Notes under the pieces: model-generated | The model's database searches: none | What the model was told of the DNA's origin: nothing | The model's input: the letters and a program-made list of their open reading frames with translations, nothing else | Translations under genes and position numbers: made by a program | Shown here: piece by piece, positions 26,001 to 40,000 of the stretch | How the letters are laid out: every line of letters starts with the position of its first letter | Numbering within the stretch: position 1 is the first letter of the stretch | Assembly: GCA_047967505.1 (NCBI GenBank) | Contig: CM106538.1 | DNA: 64,000 nucleotides | From: Dipteris shenzhenensis | Lineage: Eukaryota | Direction: 5' to 3' (one strand)

Positions 26001-27993
26001 TCCCAAATGTTTTGAACATAAATTTTAAGCAAATCCAGAAGGGTGTTGTTGGTAACTTCTATTTGTCCATGGTTTGTGGATGGAAGGCCAAAGAAAAACT
26101 TAAAGAGTTCGAGGGAGCGATGGAGACAGAGGAAGATGGAGACAACGATAGAGGCCATGAGGGGGATGTTAGATCTTTCCGCCCGTACGCCTCCACTTCC
26201 ATCAACCCTCTAAATGTCGCTTTCGACTTACCTCATTGACCTTTTGAGAGTGACTTCTTGTCGGATTTTGCAGACGTAGACAGTCGCTTACCTCATCTGC
26301 CAGAACGCTTCAATCTAGCTGATGATACCCGCTTCCCTGCGCTTGTTGTCAAACAGACTCCGGAATGAGAGATGCCACCTTTGTGATATGGAACTAGCTC
26401 GGCTGTCCGCGAAGACGAGGACAAGGAGGAGCTGTGCGCCCCTCTTATGCGCATGCAGCTCAAAAGCCACGGAGTGGCTTCTTCAGTCCCCCCCCGGAAC
26501 ACGTTCTTCTGCTGGCCCTTCCAGTGCAGACGGGCCCTTGGTGGCCAGAGGTATACACAAAGAGCATCTCATGTAGTCCCTCCAACGAAGTGAGCTGATG
26601 ATAAAGGTGAAGGAGGAGCTACAAACACCGGTACCAGCTCTTCCTCTAAGCATGCACGTGAAACTCGAACCGTGCGAAATGATAAAACAAGAGATAACGG
26701 ATCCCGACCAAAGACAGCAGACAAAGCTACCTCTCTTAGTGGAGGCTCCTCAGCCCAGGACACAAGAGGAGATAGAAAAGATTTTGAGCAGATTACGGGA
26801 GGCAAGAGGCTACCCTCAGCCTATGAGAAAGAAGTTGAAGACCACCTGTCATCGGGCATCTCAGAACCCCGACATGCTGCACAACCAGATGAGGACGGAG
26901 CATAACATCCTAATGGGGAGGATACAGCATATGGAGAAGGTAAGTCAGTTAAAGCTTTCTTAGATGACAATCTTCTTCAAGATTGCCTAGTCTGGCTTAG
27001 AACTCATGCATAAGTAGGCTTTCTGCATGGAGTAAGGCCCCCTCTCACTTTCATTGAATCCTGGATCAGGATGAACTGAATTAGGAAAGGTATAAATGTT
27101 TTAAATGTAAGATTCCTCAAGAAAGGCTTTTTTGTCTTTCTTTTTGAGAACCAGAAATGGCTTCCAAAGCCATGCAAAACAGCCTTTGGACTATTAGAAA
27201 TCAGCCCTTATATCTTGAGTGGTGGTCCAAAGACTTTTCTCCTGACTCTCCTAGATCTACTAAAATTCTTGTATGGGTAGAGCTCCCAGACTTGCCTTTG
27301 TACTTATGTAACCAGCTCCCCTCCCTATGTAGTGGGCTAGGTGAAGTTCTTGGAGTAGAACAGGAAAACTTTATTAACCCCACGGGGAATCCTCAGATCT
27401 GCATCAAAATGGACATAGCAGAAGAGATGCCAGGTACACTTACCATTCTTAATAGAAATGGTAGGATATTCAGGGAGCAACCCCTTTCCTATAAAAATCT
27501 CCCTCATTCTTACTTTTTGTGTGGTCTATCCACACATGTGGTCAAGCAGTGTCCTTTAAAGAGACCCAAGGCTAAGGAGCCAGAAGCTAATACTACAAAA
27601 CAGCACTCCCCTACTGAAAAGTGGGTCTCTAAAACACAGAACCCTCCTTCTAAGGGCCAGTCTACTTGTCACCACAATGTAAATATCCTAAGTCAAAGTA
27701 CAGTTGACCATTTATTTGATCATAATTAAAGAGTTTTATATGTGTTAATTACGGTCAAAGAGTTATTTTAATGGTCAAAGATACTTGACTCTAGTCAAAT
27801 AAACCTGACTACGGTCAGAGAGTGTTGACTTCGGTCAACAAGACTTGGCATGCGCCAAGAGGGGTTAACCCCGGTTAACCAAGATGTGCCAACCTCGGTT
27901 GGAGAGACTTGGCTATAATTAAGGCGCCTTGACCTTGGGTCGAAGCTCTTTAATTAAAATCAAGAGTGTTGACTCCGGTCAATCAGAGAAAAT

Positions 27994-28025
<32 letters not shown>

Positions 28026-31000
28026 TTGTTTTGATGTGCACATGTGTTCAGTGGGGACGCCCACCGTGACTAGGATTAGTCCACAGTGTGTTATTTGCAT
28101 GCAAAGTGCTAACAATTAATGGGTACCATGGTGGTGCGCTTTTAATTAATTGTTGCAGGTACTAGGAAGGATTATTTTTCCTAAGCGAAATGGGAGCCTG
28201 ACAAGCATCTAGGAGGCGGTTCGTGTGACCGAGAGCTTTGAAGACTCCAGAATGGCCCTTAGAGGCTTGTAATAGGGTTTTAGTCTAGATTTTAGACAAG
28301 TGGCATGTTGCCAATTTGAAAGGGGGCTTGAAGCTCTTGTAAAAGAAGAATTCTTTTCAATTACGGTTGTAAGGAGAGAGACTTACGAGACAGCTTGAAG
28401 CTGAACTTCTGTAATAGATTTTCTGAAATGAATAAAGACCTTCGGGGGGGTCCAGCCCGACAATTTGTCCTGGGCCCTAGTGTATGTTCAGAGAGAGGGA
28501 GTGAGGGAGAGCCTTTGGAGCATGTAATTCCGTCGTACACGTGAAGCTATTGCTGTTTTTCCACTCTCAGTGCTGTTTCGTCAATTACGGCTGTTTCGTC
28601 AATTACGGCTGTATTGGTATCAGAGCCTTGGCTCGCTGTCTTTCATGGCAGTGACAATCCGAGGAAAACGTGAGAACAGGCTGAAGCAACAGCAATGAAT
28701 TCCGTTCCAAAAGTTTGCACGAAGGCCGTGCTAACGACGAAGAAAATGCCTACGTGACGCCTCTGATAGAGATTTCCAGATGACGCGTCACTTGACGCTG
28801 TGAGTATAGGAGTTACGAATTATGCTAAGGACCGGTGCACTGGAAGGAGCGCTTCCTGTTTTCGTGCGATCGCAAGCAATTGACGTGGAAATAGTTTGTG
28901 CACAAAATTGGCGACGTGAGAATAGACCGGTTAATGGTGCCGCTCCGAAGATGGACGCCTTTGATTTCTCTATTGTCAAAGTAGCGTCAACCAGGAGTTG
29001 AGCCAGTTGCATAGGCGCCGAGGCTTCATTGACCCCAAGGTGTAGAAACGAGGGGGCATTGGAAAGTTGCGTTGAAGCGCAGTTCCCTTATTTTCTACGA
29101 TCCCACCTAGTGTTTAACCTCAGTAACCAGTTTTCGTGATCTCAGCGACCGGAGACCACCCACCGACCTCAATACTCTGTGCAGCAACCTATGTGCTAAG
29201 TCCCTGAGAGAATCGTGCGTCTGACGGAGGATAGAGTTGGTGATTTTAACGCAGAGGAAGACACCTTCATGGGTAGCGACTTTTTCACGAAGGCGCAGGC
29301 TCATTGTCTGACAGAGACGCCAACAGAGATCATCGAGGCTTTCACGCAAGCGCGGCCTAAGAGGAAATGTTAGGCAAGTGACAGAGTGTAAGCTAACATG
29401 GCAGATGACCTGGCAAGGGTGATGTGGCAGGCAAGGCAGCCAGAGCTGACATAGCACTGACACGTGGCAGACAGGTGGTAAAAACTGTGGTTAGTGTAAG
29501 TCTGGTTAGCTGGACTTTGATCAGATGTCCAGTTAGTTGGCCCAACCAAACCAGACCAGAGCAGAACCAGTCTGGTCAGTTTGACCAGACAGTAACTATT
29601 CAGTCACAGACTAACCAGACCAGAACCAGTTAGTCTGGTTAGACTAACTAGCAGTTACTCCATCTGGTTACTGTTCTTTCAAAAAAAAAAAAAAAAAGAG
29701 ACAGTTGCAGAGACAGTTTTGGCTATCAATTTTCTCCTGCCTGTCAGACTTTTACTGTCAGAAAAGTAGCAGAAAACCAGAGAAAAGCAGAGAAAACAGA
29801 GATTTGCAGAAAAAAGAGATGCATGCCTTTGTGCACAGAAAAGGGGAAACAGATGCCTTTTGAAGCCATCTGCAGCAGCCAGAAAAAGGGGAATATAAAT
29901 TGTTGATGCTTTGGAAATTGTGTGGGTATATGCCTTGAACAGACAGCCAGTACTGGCATAGATTGTGAATGCAAAACACCTCTTGTTGAGGTACTTTTTT
30001 TTTTTCTGTTGGAAAAGCAAAAGTAGTGTGCATCAGTTACCCGCACTGTGTGAGAAAATCTGCAGATCTCAGAATATGGATCAATCACCTATCCAGTGGG
30101 ATTCTCAAGATAGGGATGTGCATCCAAGACAGAGGAATGTGCCACAAACTCAACAAGAATTTGAACAAATGGTACGCACTCGTATACAAGAGCTGGAAAA
30201 TCTTAAAAGGGATCCCAGGGCTCAGCATTTGTTTCCAGCAGAAGCTATGCCTAATCCAGTATATGACGTGCCAATGCCAGAGGCACACTCTCGTGTACAG
30301 TCTGAGAGAGAGAGATCTCATAGATCTCATAGGAGACGGTCCCATAGTAAAAAGAGATCGAGGCGTCATCGCCGATCTCCTAGTCCATCACCGTCTACCT
30401 CGAGTTCGATTTCTGTGTCTTCTTCTTCCTTATCAGATAAACCATCCAAGAAAAGAAGGAAACACGAGAAGTCTGGGAAGAGAAAGTCTTCCAAAGCGAC
30501 CAGGGAATTTAAAGAGGGAGGAAAATCTGTTAAGTTTATGACCTACAATGGACAGTATGGTCATACAGACAAAGCATTGCAGTTTATCAGACAGTTTGAT
30601 GCTGCATTCGGTACTGAGAAATTTTCAGAATCCTCCAAGTTAAGAATGGTCAGCCTACACTTAACAGCAACGGCTAGTGCATGGTGGAGTGCACTGACCA
30701 CAGATGGATCAGCCCCAAGAAAGTGGAAGGGCTTCAAGAAAGCCTTCTACCAGCAGTTCATGCCTAAACAGTTTAGAGACCATGTTCTTCAAGACTGGGA
30801 CAGCTTGCACATGGATGCAGGAGATACAGTGGATGGGTACAACCAAAAGTTTTGGGATGCTTATTTGCAGGTTGCACCGTTCAAAAAGATCTCCAAAGGT
30901 ACCCAGATGAGGAAGTACATAGCAGGTCTCACTCCAAGAATTCAGGCAGTAGTGAATGCTTTGGGGGCAAAGAATATTCAAGATCTTATGCATTCAGCCT

Positions 31001-34000
31001 CAGTAGCGAGTCTTGTGCCGCTACAAGATCCATCTACAGTGCCATCCTTGCATGCAGGACGTGCTAATAAAAAGAAAACTGATTTTCAAAAATCAGAAAA
31101 GAAAGAGTCCCCTAAGGCTGAAAAGAAAGGGTTTCAGCCTCAGAAGCCGAGGGGTACTCAGTTCTCAAAGACCTATAAGGGCAAATCTCTATTCACCCCT
31201 GAACAGATAGCGGAATTCCGTAGAGATGGGAAATGCTTCAGGTGCGGTAAAGAGGGGCATGTGGCTGCCCAGTGCCCAGAAAAGCCTTCATCATCGAAGG
31301 GAAAAGAGGCAGAGAAGCCACGAGGACCGCAAAAGCCAATGGCGGGGGGTATTCCTGATATACTGGGTCATGCTTTGAACCCAGAAGAACGAGAATTGCT
31401 GCTATCATGGGGCAAAGTTAGAGACCAGCAAGCGCTAATTTTATTTGATCCAGGGGCTACTGATAATTTCATATCAGAGGATCTAGCCCTGAGGCTGGGA
31501 ATTAAGACAGAAGAGTTAGGCAGGGCTTTGGATGCTGATCAAATGTTTTGTGGGAATCCTGTGCCAGTTACTCCCTTGATAGGGAAGCTCCGTCTTCATA
31601 TTCAGAGTTATGTGGATCAGGAAGACTTCTTCATTTCTCCACTGAAACATTATGATGTAGTTTTGGGGATGCCTTGGTTTCACCGCAAGGCAGTGAAGTT
31701 GACTCTTCCTGAAAGAGTGCTGGAATTTGTGCATAGGGGGAAAAATCAGCGTGTAATTGCCATGAATAAAGGGGACACTATCCCCATTGTATCTGATGTT
31801 TCATGCGGTAAAGCAATAAAGTCTGCAATTTCTGCGTACATGGTTTTTGTAAAAGAAAAAGAGAATGATATGCATGCTGAAAAGAATGATGCAGACAAAA
31901 ATAAGTTCCAGTTTCTTGTAAACTTTAAAGATTGCTTTTCTTATGTTTTGCCAGGGGAGTTACCCCCAGAGAGACCAGAAAATCATCAGATAGAGTTAAT
32001 GCCTGGTAGTGAGCCACCAAACAGACCCCCTTATAGAGTCAGTGCGACTCAGAGAGAGGAGATTATGGCTCAGGTACAAGACTTGCTGTCCAAAGGGTTG
32101 ATTCAGCCCAGCTCGTCTCCTTTTTGTTCCCCTGTACTGTTAGTACAGAAGAAAGATGGTTCATTCCGTATGTGCGTCGATTATCGCGCACTGAACAAAA
32201 TGACCATCAAGAATAGATTCCCTATTCCGCGCATTGATGATGTCCTGGATCAGTTAAATGGAGCTTCAGTTTTCAGCAGGATAGACTTAAAGAGTGGCTA
32301 CCACCAAGTGAGGATACAGCCTCAGGATGTGCACAAGACAGCATTCCGTACTACATTCGGGTTGTATGAATACTTAGTGATGCCTTTTGGATTGACAAAT
32401 GCTCCAGCCACATTCAATAGAATGATGGATCGCATCTTCCGGAAGTACAGGCATTTTACTGGTACTTTCTTTGATGATATCTTAGTTTTTTCTAAGACAG
32501 AGGAAGAGCACAGAGAACATCTTGCTATAGTGTTTCAAGAGCTGAGAAATCATCAGCTCTATGCAAACAGCAAGAAAAGTGAATTCTTCCTGAAAGAAAT
32601 CCACTATCTGGGGCATATAATATCCAAGAATGGGATACAAATGGATCCAGCGAAGATCCGTGCCATCCAGGAATGGCCAGAGCTGAAAACTATGCATGAA
32701 GTTCGAAGCTTTTTAGGCTTGTGTTCTTACTACAGAAGATTTATCAGACATTTTGCTGATATCGCAGCTCCATTACATGACCTTACTAAGAAAAATACAG
32801 CCTTCACCTGGGGATTATCACAGAAGAAAGCATTCAACACACTCAAGGAAAAGTTGACTACAGAGCCTATTCTGGTAGTCCCGGATCTTTATCAGTCTTT
32901 TGATGTTGATTGTGATGCTTGTGGAGAATGTGTTGGGGCTGCATTGCATCAGAATGGTCATGTAGTAGCCTATGAAAGCAGACGACTTCGGGATGCGGAA
33001 AGATATTTAGGAATCTATGAGAAAGAGTTATTGGCTGTAATTCATGCCATCCATACATGGAAACATTATCTTTTGGGTGCAGATTTTACTGTCAAAACAG
33101 ATCACCAAAGTCTGAAATACTTTTTGACTCAGACCAAGCTTTCAGAGAAGCATATGAAATGGGCAAACATGCTGTCAATGTATCATTTTCAGATTGTCCA
33201 TACTCCAGGAATTCGGAACAGAGTGGCAGATGCCTTGTCCCGAAGACCCCAGGTCAATAATGTAACTATTGCATATCATCAGGACCTGGAAGGCATGAGG
33301 GAACAATATGCTCATGATTCTGATTTTGGTGAAATTTTACAGCAGATGCAAGAAGGACAATCTACCAGTCACTATTCCCTGAAAGATGGGTATTTAATGA
33401 AAGATGATTGCCTATGCATCACCCAGGAGATCAGGAAAAAGATTTTGGGGGAATGCCATGCACCTCCCTATGCTGGACACAAAGGAATTACAGCAACAAC
33501 TCTAGCACTAGAGAGGTATTTCTTTTGGCCAGGAATGCGGAAAGATATACATCAGTTTGTTACTGAATGCCTTACGTGTCAGAAAATGAAGTATGATAGA
33601 CAGAAGGCACCTGGCCTACTTATGCCTCTTCCCGTGCCTCAGGCACCATGGGAAAATATTACAATGGACTTTATTTTTGATTTGCCGAGATCAAAGTCAG
33701 GGAATGATGGGATTTGGACTATCATTGATAGATTCAGCAAGCAAACTCATTTCATTCCGGTTCGCAAAACCATAAAGGCAGATCATATGGCTAAGCTGTT
33801 CATGGCACAGATCTTTAAACATCATGGTATGCCTAAGTCCATTGTTAGTGATCGAGATCCCAGAATGACCAGTCTATTCTGGAGAGCTTTATTTGATAAC
33901 ATGGGGACGAATCTGAATTTTTCTTCTTCTTTCCATCCCCAGACAGATGGTCAAAGTGAAGTAGCAAATTCTACCATTTTGGATATGCTGAAATGCTACG

Positions 34001-37000
34001 TGGGTGACCAGAGTTCAGACTGGGAAAAGTACCTACCCTTAGTAGAGTTTGCTTACAATAATACAGTACATAGCTCTACAGGGAAAGCCCCTTTCGAAGT
34101 CATATATGGGAAGGTGATTTTGCCACCTATATTGAGGACTAAAGATGAAATATTTGCAGCTGATCAGTTTGTAAGAGACCTCCAGACAGCTTACAGCCAA
34201 GTCCGGACAGCAATTGAAAGGTCTCAAGAGAAACATAAAAGGGCTGCAGATAAACATAGGAGACAGCTAGATCTCAAGGAAGGGGACTGGATACTTTTGA
34301 GGTTTGAAAAAGCTAGGCTCCGCAAGTTTAAAGGCAAACAGAAAGTGTATGCAAAGTTATCTCCCAGATATTATGGCCCTTTCAGGGTTACAGAAAGAAT
34401 AAATGAGGTTGCATACAGATTAGCATTGCCAGAGCATTGGAGGATTCACAATGCATTCCATGTGAGTCTTCTAAAGAAATTTCAGGGACCAGAGCCTACA
34501 GAACCAGTATCAGAAGATCCACCAGAAGTGGATGAGCTAGAGGAAGTCCTTCAGCCAGAGCAAATTGTGTACCATACTGTACGTAAAGGCCCTCAGGGTA
34601 AGGAATTTTGCAGGTATCTTGTAAAATTCAAGAATTATACGGCATTAGATGCCAAGTGGATGGACGAAGACATGTTATCCGATCATCCACAGCTTTTGGA
34701 TGTTTACAAGGAAGCTTTTCAGTTGAGGTCAACTGAATAGAAGCCGAGGGGATGTCACCACAATGTAAATATCCTAAGTCAAAGTACAGTTCACCATTTA
34801 TTTGATCATAATTAAAGAGTTTTATATGTGTTAATTACGGTCAAAGAGTTATTTTAATGGTCAAAGATACTTGACTCTAGTCAAGTAAACCTGACTACGG
34901 TCAGAGAGTGTTGACTTCGGTCAACAAGACTTGGCATGCGCCAAGAGGGGTTAACCCCGGTTAACCAAGATGTGCCAACCTCGGTTGGAGAGACTTGGCT
35001 ATAATTAAGGCGCCTTGACCTTGGGTCGAAGCTCTTTAATTATAATCAAGAGTGTTGACTCCGGTCAATCAAAGAAAATATATATATATTTATTTATATA
35101 TATATATATATTTGTTTTGATGTGCACATGTGTTCAGTGGGGACGCCCACCGTGACTAGGATTAGTCCACAGTGTGTTATTTGCATGCAAAGTGCTAACA
35201 ATTAATGGGTACCATGGTGGTGCGCTTTTAATTAATTGTTGCAGGTACTAGGAAGGATTATTTTTCCTAAGCGAAATGGGAGCCTGACAAGCATCTAGGA
35301 GGCGGTTCGTGTGACCGAGAGCTTTGAAGACTCCAGAATGGCCCTTAGAGGCTTGTAATAGGGTTTTAGTCTAGATTTTAGACAAGTGGCATGTTGCCAA
35401 TTTGAAAGGGGGCTTGAAGCTCTTGTAAAAGAAGAATTCTTTTCAATTACGGTTGTAAGGAGAGAGACTTACGAGACAGCTTGAAGCTGAACTTCTGTAA
35501 TAGATTTTCTGAAATGAATAAAGACCTTCCGGGGGGTCCAGCCCGACAATTTGTCCTGGGCCCTAGTGTATGTTCAGAGAGAGGGAGTGAGGGAGAGCCT
35601 TTGGAGCATGTAATTCCGTCGTACACGTGAAGCTATTGCTGTTTTTCCACTCTCAGTGCTGTTTCGTCAATTACGGCTGTTTCGTCAATTACGGTTGTAC
35701 TACTAGACAGGTTTCTGACAAGAGGAGTGAAAGGGACAACAAACAGACAAAAATATCTAGCAAAAATTTATTTGATCCACTCAAGGAGCAAGAAGAAAGT
35801 GTGGATAAGGAAGCCACTGTCAATCAAGAGGACAACATGGTCATAGAGTCTGGTTGGTCAAAGAAAGAAAATAAAAAAATTTTATTAAAGTCTTCAGAAG
35901 ACCGATGGATCTATGAGACTGAAAGAAAACCTAATACAAATCACAGTAAGGGTAAAGCTACTGAAACGAGCATCATCACCCGTGCTGAATCCTAAGTCTG
36001 ATCATACATAATTAAATACATCTAGGTATGACAATGAAAAGAAAAAGGACTGGAGCGGAGCGAGATCCTCCATATGTCATGTCGCCCTAACTGGTGCATA
36101 GCTAGTGATGAGACATTGGCGTCCGTCAAGGGATCCCGTGCGTCTCGATCTCCTGGAGAAGGCTCAACGTAAGACCAGAGCTACCGTGACTCCCGTGGGG
36201 TGTATCCCGGGTCTAAACAATGACGAGAGGTCCCCCAGAGTGATCTGTGTGTCCCCTTGATGTCTCGTGTGTCATGTTGCGGTCGTCGGGTCGGGGTCTC
36301 TATCACGTCTGCAGCTAGACACTGGACGATCAATGTCACTCGATGGGAAGAACTCTGTGATCTTGCTCTGAGAGGTGTCTGATGGTGTGGCCAAGCCCCG
36401 TCGCCTGAGTAAGTACTCTCTGTGTCAAACCCCCTCGTGAATGAATGCCGCGAGACATCTCTGATCTAGGTAGGCTAGGAATCTGGAAAGGAGCCCGGAG
36501 CTGTCTCTGAAGAGACAGTGGTAGCGACCTCGGATCTCGTAGTACACTTGGCACCTGAAAATAAAATGCTCCTCCAACTCAACCTCCTGATAGTCGCACA
36601 ATATGCATATGCGATGCTCCCTCAGGATCCCCTCTGCTCTGCCGCTCTCTATGCGGAGGCGGTGTGATGATACCCGAAACTATCCGATGGAGATCCATAG
36701 TGAGTGAGGCATATGAAGCTCAGTGTACCTCGGCGGTGGTGTGATAAATCCCTCCTCCGAAATACGAAGACAGTAATCTTTGTAGAAACTCAGCTTCATT
36801 GGGAGCTCCCTCGGCTTCAACCAGGTCCTGAAGGTGTGTAGCTGCAGGAGATCCTCTCGAATGACCTGGTTGGTGTGTGGCCCGATCGGTATGGTGGATG
36901 GGAGTACCGGAGGGGCATCTAGACTGTACTGAAAAGGAGGTATCCTATCGATGTGAAACCCTAGTCTCACAAACCATCTGTGAGTCCGTGCATACCAGCA

Positions 37001-40000
37001 TCGCTCGTCTCCCTCTGCTGCCAACCTCATGGAGGAATCGAGAGCCAACCATGGCAACCTCTGTCTCCCTGATGTTAATAGGGAAGATGCCATGGAAGAG
37101 GCAGAAGCTAGTGAAGAACACTTAGAGGATGAGCCAGGAAAGGCAACTCAAGATACTATACCTTCTCAGGAAGTCACTAATCAAGACAAGTCCTTCACAG
37201 TAGTTCAACATAAGAGAAGACAATCTACGTTAACCTCAATGCCAGTGAACAGCCCCAACCCCAGGGCTAAAAAGGGGCAGAAGAAGAATGTCAGATAAAT
37301 CAGTAACTTTCTTGACTCTCAATGTCAGAGGTTTAATGGATCCAGGTAGGAGTGAAGAATTAGCTTTTTGACTAAGAGCTAATTCACTTTCACCTCTCTT
37401 TTTAGCATTGCAAGAAGTCAAGGCAAGTAGGTCTATTCTTGAAGACAGGCTTCAAGTCATAGATAGAAGGACTTGGTTTTTTACTGCTCATGAGGATGGC
37501 AAAGAAGGGACAGCTGTAGGAATTTTGTCTCACTATAAGGATTGTATTTCTCAAGTCATTACACATGCTCACAACAGATAGTTAATGCTGCAGTACTGTG
37601 TTAAAGAAATTGACTTTTTTGTCATTTCTGTCTATGCTCCCAACTCAGCTCCAGAGAGGAGGGAGTTATGGGAATCCTTTCAATACCTAGATGGCAATTG
37701 CATAATAATGGGAGATTTCAATATGGTCGAGAGCAAGTCAGACAAATGGAAGGGAATGGGCACATGCATTAGAGGCTCTGAATTACTTGCTTGGGAAGAA
37801 TGTAAAGAGCATTGCCAGATGGTGGATGTCAATAATAATAGAGAGTTTACTTGGTGCAACAGTCAGATAGGGGATTGCAGAAGGGAGGCTAGACTTGACA
37901 AATTCTATATTTCCCAAAATCTCTTGAACAGACAGCTTTCTCTAAGAATTGTAACATACTCCTCTCTCAGCTTGTCTGACCACAAGCCTGTCTCACTGAG
38001 ATGTGATTTTGGAACTGGGGAGAGGAGCTCTTCCTGGTTCAAAGCTGACCCCAAACTCTTTCATCTTAAGAGTGTTCAAAAACTAATTAAGGTGGCCTAG
38101 CATAGGGCTTTCTCTCAGCACACAACAGCATCTCAAGCTTGGGAATTGGCAGTCAAGGACTCTCAGATTATTTTAAAATCAGCCAGAAAAAAAAGGGCAC
38201 AGATAAGGGCTCAAAGAATGGATTATATCCAAAATAACATCAGCATCTTAGAGCAGAAAGCCAGAGAGGGTAATGAATAAGCTCATGAAGAATTGAATAA
38301 GGCCAAAAGAGAGCTCAGAAAACAGGAACAAATTAGACTTAACGAGTCTAAAGTGTACTACAAAGACTGGTGGGCAGGAAAGATTGACAGGCCTACCAAG
38401 GAAACTTTCAAAATTATCAAAAGAAAAAGGTGTCAAGAGGAGATTCTTCTTAAAGGACCAAATGGCTCTCATCTAAGCAACCCAAGAAAAATATTGAGTA
38501 TATTCAGAATCACTTCAAGGATTTACTTTCTAACACCTCCCCTCCCAATGAGGACACCCAGAGGGCAAGGCAACTCTGCCAAATAATAAGGGATAAAGCT
38601 GTTCAATCCTTTGACCTCCCCTATTTAGTAAGACCCTTCAATCTTGAAGAGCTGAAAGAAGCTGTAAATATTATGGCTGATGGGAAGACTCCAGGGGAAG
38701 ATGGTCTTCCCATTGAGTTTTACAAATCCTTTTGGGAAATAATTGGGCCTTATCTTTTACTCCTATGGTAGGAAAGTGTCAGGGAAGGTTGTCTTCCTCT
38801 TCATATAAATGGAGGAATTATAAAGCTGATCCCTTAAGAAAGACTCTAAGGATGAACTAAAAAATTGGAGACCCCTCACAATGTTAAACTGCAGCTACAA
38901 GATTTTTGCCAAAGCTTTATCTTTAAGGATTCAAAGCAAAATGAAGGATTGGATACTACCATAACAAAAAGGGTTCATCAAGGGACGTCACCTTTTGGAA
39001 GCTATCATCAACATTTGGAAAGGGTGTGAGTATGCTAAAGAGACCAAATAGGATATATGTTTTCTTAAGGTGGACTTTGATAAAGCTTATGACAGGTTGG
39101 AATGGGATTTTATCATACAATCTTTGCAAGATATGGGTATGAGCCCCTCATATGTTTCTAGTGTTAAGCTGTTACCAATGCTACTCCTAGGGTCAATGTT
39201 AATGGCATTATGAGTGACTCTTTTTTTCTCAAAACGTTAATCAAACAAGGGTGTCCTCTAGCTCTCTTTTATTTGCAATTGCTGCAGACTCTCTAGGTTG
39301 GCTCCTTAAAAGTCAGATACAAGAGGGAGCTCTTAAAGGGATTGAACTCAGTAATGGTAAACAATTGCTATGCCAGCAGTTTGATGATGACACTACCTTG
39401 ACTCCTAGAAACACTGATCAAGATGTCATTTGTGTAATGGACTGCCTAGAGATGTTCTGTCAAGCCTCAAGCTCATCTATTAACCACTCCAAGACAGGGT
39501 ATGTCACACTCAGTGGGAAAAATCAGGGGATCCTTCAACAGCTAAGATGCAAGAAGCTACAAAAAGGTACAGTATATAGACTCTTGGGGATACCAATGGG
39601 ATTTGATGTCACAATGAAGCAGAGGTGGAACTGGATACTGGACAGATTCCAAAAGAAACTAGATAAATGGAGAAGCTTCCAAGCAAATTTGGCAGGAAGG
39701 AAAATGGTTCTTAATCACTTTCTCTATCCTATTATCATTTTCTATTTATCTTGTTGGTCTCCATCCAAGAATGCCTTGGACAGATTTATCAAATTATGTA
39801 GATCTTTCTTATGGGGGGGTTCCACTAAGATTTCTAAGGTTAGATGGGATTATTGTATTAAACCTTAAGAGGAGGGGGGGTTAGGGATGATTGACATCTC
39901 CTCTGCTGCAAAAAAACTGTCTGCCACCTTGCATCATCAAAGCTGCTCTTCATCCTGAGGAAGATTGGGCACAACTTCTCTTGAGATACATGAATTACAT

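Noticed and set aside
29965-30075. N-terminal extension of the 1591-aa ORF
   Set aside because: Starts at a non-ATG codon and crosses a poly-T run; ATG 30076 is the plausible start.
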